Origin: Callorhinchus milii
Lineage: Eukaryota
Length of the DNA: 64,000 bases
Assembly (NCBI RefSeq): GCF_018977255.1
Contig: NW_024704743.1
Span: 42,782,001 to 42,846,000 of the forward strand
Direction: 5' to 3'
The stretch's first letter is position 1. The number at the start of each line of letters is the position of its first letter. The notes below the pieces were generated by a model that made no database searches, was not told where the DNA came from, and worked only from the letters and a program-made list of their open reading frames with translations. Positions 53,605-64,000 of this stretch are shown here, piece after piece. The translations under genes and the position numbers were made by a program.

Positions 53605-55147
53605 TACAATGGCAAACGAGCTCTCATTATCAGATAGTCTGCTACACAAAGAGCAAGTCCCCTCTACATCTGAATGAGTTTCAAATAAATGACTTGGTAA
53701 TGAAAAGCTGCCACATTTGTGTCACGGTTACTGTCTGTGATTCATCATAAGGTAACTGGTTGTTGCTCTTTTGTGCAGATAAATGGCAATTATAGTGCAC
53801 AGAGACTGCAGGATATAAAGTATCACTTGTTGTCTTGGGTGACTCCTGTATGTATTTTGCCTCTTGGGTTTCTTTAATAAAAGGCATATAATAAAGTGCA
53901 ATTCATTTTCTGTTTTGTAATATCTGTAACAATTTTTAAGGCAATTCTCTTTTTATTACTAGCGTTCTAAGTGAGGAAAATCAGAATTAACATCCATCTT
54001 CCATTCGCTTGACTTACATCCTAAGCTGATGTCTAAAAGAGTTGTAGAGTGCTTCAATGCCCTACAGGTTACACTCACCAGTTGAAGGATTTGAATATTA
54101 CAGAAAATGCACATTTCATGCAAAGAATGTCATTTCACAAGTAAGTGATGAATATTAATAGGGTGCACAAACATCGTTTTGTACCAGTATCTGCAGCAAT
54201 TTTATCCTTGTCAATTTTTATTACCATGTGGTTTCGAAATGCTTTGAGTCTCTAAATCTACATAAATAATATATATTTGAGAATCCATTTGTCTGAATAC
54301 AACACCTGTCAGGTTAACCAGATGGAACGACTAGCATTGGCACAGAGTATCTTTGTACTATAATTATTTTGTTCAAACTGAAGTTTAAGTCCGTTAGAGA
54401 TTTATCATTCGAGCAAAATTATTCCATGATTTCATTTAAAATAACTAGTTACCCTACATTTTGGTTTGATTTCTTTAGTTATTCATATCTTCTAAGTAGA
54501 AAATTAATAATAAAAAATATATCATGGGGAAAAAAGCCAGCTAATTCATGTTCACTGACAACCTCAGTAACCAAAAATCAAATATATTAACGCATAAATA
54601 CTCAGGTAGCTTTTAACCATTTTTCTGTTTCAGCCTCTCTGAAGGTGCTGACATGCTGAGTATATTTCAATGTGCCTCTAGTCACCTTCAGATACCTAAT
54701 GACAGTAATCATTCTTTATTTGCTTTATCAATTTTTCTCCTCCAAACTCATCCCCTCCTCAGTGTACCTTGACACCAGTTAGCCTTCCACTGGAGCATGG
54801 TTACACTGATGCTCATCACCCTTCAGTACCTTTTTGCTACTCTGCAATGAAGGGTGCTATAAAAATGCAAGTTGTTGTTATCAGTCCAAGTGGACATTAA
54901 TCATACGTGACCATAGGATATTTGAACATGAGGCCTCACAGCTGAACACATCCTCTCCTTATCATCACGCCCTCCCTCCTAGAATGTGCCAGCGTCTTGG
55001 GATGTCCTCCCGATGTGAAAGACGCTATATAAATGTATTTGTTGTTGTTGTTGCAACCCATTTTCACTGGGCTTAGGATAATGAAACGGCACCAAAAGTT
55101 GAATCTTTAAAAATGACTTTAAAAAGATGTGTTCTGATGTATTGATA

Positions 55148-56055
55148 AACAACAAGACAACAACAAATTACATTTGTATAGCACCTTTCATATCTGGAGG
55201 AAGTCCCAAGGTACTGGACAGTCAGGGATTTGGACCCGAGCAGTGAGTTGGGATCAGGAGGGGTGGAGGGCAGGGAGGGTAGGGGTAGGAGGGGACCGAA
55301 GTCGCAGTTGAAGAGGAGGGTCTTAAGATGTGCCTTGATGGAGGTAAGAGAGGGAACAAGGCAAAGGGACTGTGGGATGGAGTTCCAAAGGGTGGATGCA
55401 GAGAGATTGAAGGCCTGACCACCGATGGAGAGGCAGGGTAGGTGGGGGATGTGGAGCAGGGGGTGAACAGGTTGATATGGTATTAGCAGGTCAGAGAGGT
55501 AGGAAGGGGCATGGCCCTGGAAGGCTTTGAAGGTGAGGATGAGGATTTTGACCTTTATCCTCTGGGGGATAGGGAGCCAGTGGAGCTGGGCGAGGATGAG
55601 AGTGATAGGGTCGCAGAGCCTGGTGCGGAAGAGGACACGAGCTGCAGAGTTCTGGATGATCTGCAGCTTGTGGAGGGAAGAGTTGGGAAGGCCGTCAATG
55701 AGGGAGCTAGCGCAGTCGAGCCTAGATGTGATGAATATGTGGATGAGGGATTTGGTGGCCTGAGAGGTGAGGCAGTAGTGGAGCCGGGCAATGTTGCGGA
55801 GGTGGGGTAGGGCAGAGCAGGTCATGGCACGGATGTGGGGTAGAAAGGACAGTTGAGAGCCAAACAAGATGCCAAAGTTCCGGATTAGCTTAGAGAGGTG
55901 GAGTGGGCAACCATGGATGGTGATGCTGTCAGTGCCTGAGGTGAGGAGTGCTGACAGGAGCCAATCAGGAGATCCTCGGTCTTGTTAATAGTGAACTGTA
56001 GAAAGTTAGCTCTCATCCAGGACTTGATGTATGACAGATATTTCATTAGGACAGC
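55148..56055 (-). mobile_element. L2 LINE 3' ~900 bp (tail type A)
   Basis: ORF 55073-55867: HLRNIARL, ITSRLD, LQIIQNSAARVL, LHWLPIPQRI.VKIL, LWNSIP. Confidence 0.95.
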
Positions 56056-56489
56056 AATGCATTTGAAACACTAGGATGAAAACTACAAGGTTTCTTCATT
56101 GAATCTAATAAGATTGTAATTTTTAATCAGTTACTAAGAGTGTCACCCCCACCCCTCCTCTCCATCACCCAATGTCAGCACAATGGATAGTGTTGAAAAA
56201 TTTTGAGCTCACGCATAAAAATTCCCTTCCTTTAGATATTGAACCTTTCACACCAGGAGGACATATCAAAGCGTAGTGGCTATGTATTGTGTAGGTAAAC
56301 CATATAGCCGACTGGGGGAAAGGAAACGGAAGATTGCCAACAGGCAGTGTTTAACAGATTGGAAATTGCTGATTTAGCAACACATTGATTCGAATCTTTT
56401 GAAAGTATCACATTTTTCACCCTAGTAAGTACAATTTTGGGCGACCCGCCTTCAAAAAGGGCATTGATGGAGTTCGATAGTGATGAGAA

Positions 56490-57150
56490 ATATTTCATTA
56501 CAAGTCAATATTCCAGATGTGACCCCACCAGTGATCTACACAAGGGTAGAATGACTTGTTTTAACTCAAACAAATACCCTTGAGATGTTTCCTTGTATTG
56601 GATTAGTTTTGGTGATAGCAATTTCACATTGACTTAGATGATCAACTATTTTGTGAAACATTGTAGACTTTATGCTCCTGAGACCACGAAAATGTCATCT
56701 GTGCAATGCAGCTGTTTCAGGGCCGAATAATATAGCTTGTAATGTTGGACCAATGCCCTGGAGTTTTGTTAACTTCTCATAGAGGGTCAGGGAGAAATGT
56801 CAAGGCATTTGTTGAATCTATAGTTAATCACCTTTCTGGGGAGATGTAATAAATTAAATTAGCAAGGTAGACCCGACAGTCCTCCCATCATAGCATCAAG
56901 TTGCTTTTTAAATGAGTCAAGTGTCCCAGCCTCAACCATCCTTTCTGGCAACCTGTTCTCGTGTTCAATTATCCTTCACAATTCTAAGCTCATGTTCTCT
57001 TGTTCTACTCCCTTGGTGAATCTTAAAGTATTCTGGGTTTACCTTTTCAATCCTATTTAAGATCTTATAAGCCCCTATAATGACGCCTCTGAGATGTATC
57101 CTTTCAAGACTGAAGAGCCCCAGCTTGTCTGATCATTGCTCGATGTTTGG
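56490..57150 (-). mobile_element. CR1 ORF2 and 3' fragments
   Basis: AATATTCCAGATGTGACCCCACCAG (LVGSHLEY on the minus strand); TTCAAGACTGAAGAGCCCCAG (LGLFSLE). Confidence 0.75.
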
Positions 57151-60040
57151 GTCGGGTATAGAAGGGAAAGTTCAAACTTGTCCACATAGCAGTTACTTAT
57201 AATTAGCACTAGTGTTAATTATCACATCAGACACTGCATTCATTATCCCTCAATTCTAAAACTACAAATAAGCAGCAAACAGTAAGATTTTTTTGACATT
57301 AACTAGATAAAGGGAGCTGAAAACGTTTCTACCTTCCCATTACTTTTCTCCTTTAGAGATAATTTAATGAACCAAAAGGTCATTCTCTGCATTGAGTATG
57401 GCAATCTGCTTGAGTCTCACGCGAGCAACATTGCTCACTATGTAACTATCATGTTGTAAGCAGTGCTAAACTGTCTTTTTGTTATAAACACCGTGTTCCC
57501 AAACCAAATCACAGTAGTTGTGAAGTGGAAACCTGTGAGTGTGACAGATGATGTGAAATGAGTTGCACAGTTAAGAAGAGCTGAAAGTATGATGCAGTGT
57601 GTGATAGCACTGTGGTAACAATGTCCCATTTACAGCTTCCATCTCTTAGTGACACTATCAGTCAACACGTTTCACAAATTAATATTTTTATCTATATTAC
57701 GGGAGTAAATATATTAACAGATAGAATGGAAGAAGTTAAACCTTTGAGTTCCAACTTTGTGTTTAAAGCAATGGATTAGAAAAGCATCTATTTGTCTCCA
57801 GAACCTTGGTTTCATTCCAGCCCAGATGCCAGGATCACATTTTTTCTCTCAGCCACAGTGACTTTGGGCTGTTCTAACACGAACATTGAAGGTTCAAATT
57901 CACAGCCCCAAATTGTCTATAATTCAGCACAAATTGACATTTTCAATAAAATCACCAAACTTGCTCATAAGTGGTGAGGAAATTGGAAAATCAACCATGC
58001 AGTAGGATTGATTTTCTCAATTCCCAATGGAGTCATGCCAGGATATAATATAATAATAATTATTGTTGCATTTGGTTTAGTGCCTTATTACATTGTTGAG
58101 ATGTCTCAAACAGTTTCACAAGACTTTACTCTGAAGTGTAGTGACTGTGTACTTGTAGGGGTAGCATGTTGTGGAACTGCATAGAAATGCAGTGCTAGCA
58201 GTGACATTGGCAGCTATCTGAGGGCCATGTCTGGGGGGGTGGGGGGAAAGTGTTCATAACTGAAACAAATACCAAACAGTTGTTTTTCACTCATTAAGAG
58301 AATGAGTGTTCAACAGATTTTTGTATAAACCATTTTCACTTTTAGTAAAAAATATTTTATTTGTTATCAGATAAATAATTGAGAAAAATAATACTAAACT
58401 GCATGGAGAAAGAAAAAGTGAACAGAATTGGAGCGGGTAGCTTCAGTGAGGGTAGCAAGACCAGCTCAGACCTGATAAGATGAATGGTCTCATGTGCTAT
58501 AAACATTCCACAGTTCTTATGTGGCTCAGTCAGTGAGAATGGCCCACTTACAAAGCACCTGTAATTCTTATTTACAAGGATCTGAGACCAGTCAGTAAAT
58601 CTCTGGACGGCTCCTGTCAAATCCCAATGTCTCTCGAACAGCTGCGTAGAACAGCATCCATGAAAAAAACATTGAATTAAAGCTTTATGTAAGTTAAAAA
58701 AAAATTATGCCCCCTTTTCACATAGAGTACCACAAGTGCACTTTTGAACAACACAAACATTTAGAGCATCATTCCGGTTTCTCAAGGAATGGTAACACGT
58801 TTTATTTCAATCAGCACTTGCTGCAATTCAAACAGACTTTCGGGAACTTTTTGAATAGTAAAGTGTGTGCACATAAGCTAATCCATCCCTTATTAACTAG
58901 AACTACACTCTTTTTTGAGTGACAAGTATCCTATCAAGTAATGCGGCTTGTAAAGGACCTAACAATGAGATCCTCAATAGTTAATATATTATTATCTAGT
59001 CTCCTGCTCCCCGTAGGGATTTCCTTTCCTTGAAGGACATCAGTGAATCAGTTTATTTTAACAATCCATAACATTATAATCCAAGCACAACTGTTATAAG
59101 AGATTCAAATCCACGACCTCTGGCCCACTAGTCCAGTGCTATTATTACTAAACTAGTATATTGTATAGAATCTCGTTAAGATGGAAATATAAATACACAA
59201 ACACCGTGAACTAGGAGAAATAAACTCTTATAATAAATCCTGCCAGAGTTCACAAAGCTTGATGTTGTATGATATTTTTATACAAATTTGACCTTCAAGT
59301 ACACAGTCTTTACAATTTAAAATTGGTCATTCACTCCATGGCTGTTTGTGGGACATTTCTGTGTGAGCAAATTGGTTGCCACATTCATCCACAAAATACA
59401 CAGACACTCCACTTTACAGTATATCCTATGAAGCGCTTTGGAAGGCTTTGGAGGGCTGGTGTGAAAGACACTATACCAAAAGCAAGAATTAATATTATCA
59501 CAGTATTTTTATTTATGGAAAACGCTGAAGTCTTTTGAGGTGTGGGCGGTGGTGCATCAAATGCAATGATTATTATTATAGGAAGTAGAATGTTGTAGAT
59601 TTTACCAATAAACCTTTCAGCATTTTATAATGCATTCCTGTGCTAATTTTAACCATTCCAAGACGCTACCTGCGTGCAGGGTGCTATATGAAGGCAAGTT
59701 ATTGTTGTTATAATTAACAAAAGGAACACATTATAAAAGACCACAAACTTTACTCCAACATAATTGAGCCCTTCCAGGCTCAAGAGTATTGTTTTTCCAA
59801 ATGGAAGCTGAAAAGAATGAAGTATTCTGCCTCAGTAAATCCTAAAAATCTCTCGCTGATTTTGAGACACTATGTACTGAACATTAACCGTGCATTGTAT
59901 CCAGGAATGTCCTGAACCTTCACCAAAATGCAGAATCTTAAATGAGCTTTCAAGTTGTAATAGCTTTCCATTGGATTTAAACCAGAATTTTGTATACTTT
60001 ATTAAAAAGGATTGGGGCATCCTGAATCTCAGTTACCCAA

Positions 60041-60162
60041 TGTCTTAATTATTGAAAACAAAAACAGAAGTCACTGGGAACACTCAGCAGGTCAGGCAGC
60101 ATCTATAGATTTATATAGATTTCCAGCATCTGCAGTATTTTGTGTTTTGTCTTAATTATTGA
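60041..60162 (+). mobile_element. Penelope-like 92-bp insertion with internal inversion and 15-bp TSD
   Basis: TGTCTTAATTATTGA repeated at 60041-60055 and 60148-60162; insert has ACTCAGCAGGTCAGGCAGCATCT and TTTCCAGCATCTGCAGTATTTTG, recalled from chondrichthyan Penelope-type repeats. Confidence 0.7.
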
Positions 60163-62024
60163 GATCGCTTATCAGCAGAACACAATTTACCTGGTTACTG
60201 TAGTTAATCTTTTCGGTTTCAGTCACTGATAGATCAGATCAGTGACAGAAGTGTATACCAAGGCTGACACCTAATTTGGATGTTCCAGAACCCTCTCTTG
60301 ATGTTACACCAGGTAGGAGATTTTTTTAATTTCATAACGTACACATATTATTGCAGTAATAATATGTAATAATAATATAAACTGATATTGGTTAATTTCA
60401 AAGAGACCACCCAGTGAAAGTAGCATTTGACAATCCAATACGCTTTGCAGTTGAGTGGAGGATAACAATTTGCCCTATAAAATTACGTTGGCTGTGCTAT
60501 CAGAGGAAATGGAAGTGATTAGCAGCCCTGCAGTTGGAGGGAGGGTGGGGTGGGAGGGAAATGTACCCAGTGTGAGGTACCTTGTACCTTGTGTACCTTG
60601 CCCACCCCACCTGCTAGCCAGCATATGACAAGAGAGGAGAAGGGTTTACGGCTCGAAAGTGGTCAAGTTTGAGTTGTTAGCTACAGGACTGTGCTCACAA
60701 TGTTCTTTTCATCCAATGCTCCATACTGGGCGCACTCAGTACAGATTGCTGTGATCGAAGCTGTGATCGTCACAGCATTGGAGCTCTGCATCTCCCCTCA
60801 AATCACCAGGCTTTCCTCAGGCAGAATGGTGGTAGGGATCCCTTCCTATACTGCTCAGGCACACTTTCCCCAGGCAGGCCAGCCAAGTGACTTTGCTGAT
60901 TTTCTGGAGATGTCCTCAGGGTTGGGCTAACCCCCTCTCCCACAACACCAGTAAAGCGATTCTGCACCCACAGTATAACATCTCGTCACCAATATTCAAC
61001 CAATCATCACATTCTGCAGATTAAAGTAATACATCTCTGAGCTTTTTTCATTGCTTTAAATTATTTTCAGATATTAACTTTAGGATATGACTTAAAGTTC
61101 TGTCTTCTCGTTTCACCTAGAGTTGACTTTAAGATCTGTAATTCCATTAATTAGAGTAGGATATGCTTGAGGGTGCTAATCTAATGTGGTTTCTTCAGAA
61201 CAAATTCTTGTAAAAATATTTAAATTTTTGGCCCAGGTCTGCACTCTTCTCTGTTAGGTGATACTTTAGATGATTTATGCATGTGATATACTTTTCTGCC
61301 CTGTAAATATATTGGAAAATTTCGAATGCAGTTTTCTGCACAGGCTTCCTTTAAAATATACGTATGCAAACCTCTCAGCTATGCCCTGATGATCATTTCC
61401 ACAGATTGGAAGGTCTTGAAGACAACGATTAAAATGATTCAGAAATGTCTCTGGAACACATGATCTGGAGCCAGTGAAAACAAACACCTTGCTAGGCTGT
61501 CAGCATGTCCAACTGCTCATTCGTTATGTTGTGTTTATTTGTATACTTAAATAATGAAGTAAAGTCAATATCTTGCTTTGTGCTGCATCACTGCCACTGA
61601 TGCCTGAAGACATCATCACATTCAATCATTAAGACTAACGTGAACTTCTTGTGCAGAGCCCGAATCTCTCTCTCTGCTAAGCTCCCACTCAAATCTCCCT
61701 CTGCATTTCCTATTCTCTATTATAAGCTATTTGACTGGTCAAGAAAGGACATTTGTTCATCATTAATCTTTTCAAGTCAGACCACTTCACTGCATTTAAA
61801 GGCGTCGAACACCAGCAGCATGCAATAGCTCTAGATTCTGTTTTATATAAGACATTTTTCTTTCCTGAAAAGTACTGGGGAAAGTTGATATTCAACAGAT
61901 GAAGGATGTCAGTGCTGAGGAATAGAATATGTTCTCGGTTTCCATCCCGTGTCAGCATCAAGCACACCCTGGCTGTATACAGCATGGGCTAGATGTAGAG
62001 TAAAGCGCCGTCTGCTCCTGTCCT

Positions 62025-62667
62025 TCCCCCCACTCGGCTCCGCCACTGTCTCACACCACCAGCTGCCGAAACCCTCATACATGCCTTCATTGCATTGAGG
62101 CTTGATTATGCAAACTTATTGCTTCTCGGCCTCCCCAACCCCTCCCTCCATAGGTCTCAGATTATCCAGAACTCTGCAGCCCCTGTCCTCTCCCGCACCA
62201 GGCACCCCCATCCTCGCCCGACTCCACTGGCTTCCCATCACACAGAGGATACAGTTCAAGATCCTGGTCCTCACCTTCAAAGCCCTCCATGGTCTTGCTT
62301 CCGCCGACCTCGCCAAGCTCCTAACACCCTACCACCTTGTTCGCTCCCTCAGCTCAGCGGGCTCCGGCCTGCTTCACGTCCCCCACTTTGCTTGCCCCAC
62401 TATTGGCGGGCGGGCCTTCTGCCACTCTGCCCCTACCCTCTGGAACTCCATCCTGCAGTCTCTCTGCCTCACCACCTCCCTTACCACCTTCCAGACCTAT
62501 CTCAAGACCCTTCTCTTCGACCATGTTTTCGATCTCCTTGTTTCCCCCCACTTCCCTTCACCCTCCCCGAACCCAACCCCCAGCTCCGCTCTCTGTCTGT
62601 CCAGTGCCCTGGGACATCCGGCTGACATGAAAGGCGCTTTACAAATGTAATTTTGTTGCTGTTGTTG
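62025..62667 (+). mobile_element. L2 3' fragment (tail type A)
   Basis: RLDYANLLL, IIQNSAA, LHWLPITQRIQFKIL, GGRAF..APTLWN; possible TSD TGTCCT (62019-62024, 62666-62671). Confidence 0.93.
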
Positions 62668-62989
62668 TCCTGTAATCTACCATTACCCAAGTGTCAGAAA
62701 AGCACTTGCTTCTAACCAGTGTTCACAGGGTGATTTCCACAGTAACTGTCCTTGTGCCCTCAGTAAGTGAGACATTGACTCACTCACTGAGGACACAAGG
62801 ACCTCTTTCAGTTGTGGAATGATCAATATTAGCTGTGTATTCCATCTCCAATGGGGACTCCATTAAGAATGTCCCAAGACCATTTCACTGAAGACCTTCA
62901 AAATAAAAAGAGAGGAGAGTTTAATTTGGTAAATGTGGTCTTGGTTTAACCCGAGGTCCTAGAAACAAAAGGATCATGTTCACAAGATC

Positions 62990-63390
62990 GTAAGATCAAG
63001 ATATAGATGAAGATCGCTCTTCGGCCCTTCCAATATCATCCTTGCAGAACATCTACCTCACTGACCCCATCACAGCATCAAGCTATTTTTTTAAAGAGTC
63101 CAGCCTCAATCATCTTTCCTGACAACCTGTTCCAGTTGTTAATTATCCTCGGCATAAAGGAAACATCCTGGTATCTGTCTTAAAATTGTTCTTTGCAACT
63201 CTAAACCTACACCCTTTTGTTCTACTGTCTTGGTGCATCCTAAAATATTGTTCTGAGTTTACTTTCTCAATCCCAAATAAGGTCCTCTCTTAGATACCTT
63301 TTCTCAAGACTGAAGAGCCTTCGCTTGTCCAAGCGTTGCTCATAGTTCAATCCCCTAACATTGGAGATCATCCTCATTGCTCTCCTCTAA
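62990..63390 (-). mobile_element. CR1 3' fragment
   Basis: Similar to 56860-57150 (TCAAGACTGAAGAGCC, CAACCTGTTCC). Confidence 0.8.
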
Positions 63391-63924
63391 GCCCTGGTCA
63401 GCATGTTTTAACACTATTGTGTGAACCAGCACCTTTGCAGTCTGTGCAATGTGATGTTCCACAGCACCCATTCTTCTCCCCATAGCCTCTGACAATGAAT
63501 TATTCTCTAGCTGAAATGTTCCTCAAAATAGCCAAACCGATTCTATTGTGTGAAAAACTAAACTTGTCGCAACCATGGCAAAGCTGACATGCAAGTCTGC
63601 TTCTGCTTAAAATTAAACAGAACACTCTGGTAAATACTTTTTCATGGAAACACTGCCATGGCAGCAATGTGCCTTGAAGGAATTAAAGAAAACAGTGACA
63701 TTGATAATTCTAAAGTAGGATAAAGTGAAAAATGACTTCTGATGGAACCAGAAGGGTAAAAATAATTGGTGCATTATGTCATACTCAATTCTTGTAGAGT
63801 TGCTTAATTTTCATTACATGGGAGAAACAGGGAGGCCATTTTGACAAATCTTCTCCAAATCACATAGCTGTGAGCTGTATTCCTCTATTCAGTGATTCAA
63901 ACAGTATGTTTTTTNATAACTTAC

Positions 63925-63988
63925 TGGTCTGTGGAAGCGACCAATTGCAAGCAAGTATGAGCAACAAGGCCAGTGCCTTTCTAGTCAT
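63925..63988 (-). CDS. Candidate leader (signal peptide) exon, unidentified
   Basis: ATG at 63988 gives MTRKALALLLILACNWSLPQT + 1 nt, then GTAAGT donor; no homology recognised. Confidence 0.3.
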
Positions 63989-64000
63989 TCTAGTAACTCC

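Overview
Eukaryotic, repeat-rich vertebrate DNA, most likely intronic or intergenic. The repeat content points to a cartilaginous fish, probably a chimaera such as Callorhinchus; this is inferred from family resemblance only. I recognise no intact protein-coding gene, true tRNA/rRNA gene or CRISPR array. Nearly all long ORFs are sense or antisense readings of decayed retrotransposons. Contents: (1) L2-clade LINEs, with one near-full-length decayed copy at ~13.4-16.0 kb and many 5'-truncated 3' ends of two tail types; (2) CR1-clade LINE fragments; (3) a tRNA-Ala(TGC)-headed SINE in long and short forms; (4) older DeuSINE (SacSINE1-like) copies; (5) several small inverted-repeat elements; (6) a Penelope-like 92-bp insertion with an internal inversion and a 15-bp target-site duplication (TSD); (7) an RT fragment from a non-CR1, non-L2 clade; (8) repeat-poor stretches that may be regulatory; (9) a few unidentified splice-bounded exon candidates, including a signal-peptide-like exon at the right edge. 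I found no convincing novel biological system. Repeat boundaries were set by eye and are approximate unless a TSD or terminal inverted repeat (TIR) is quoted.
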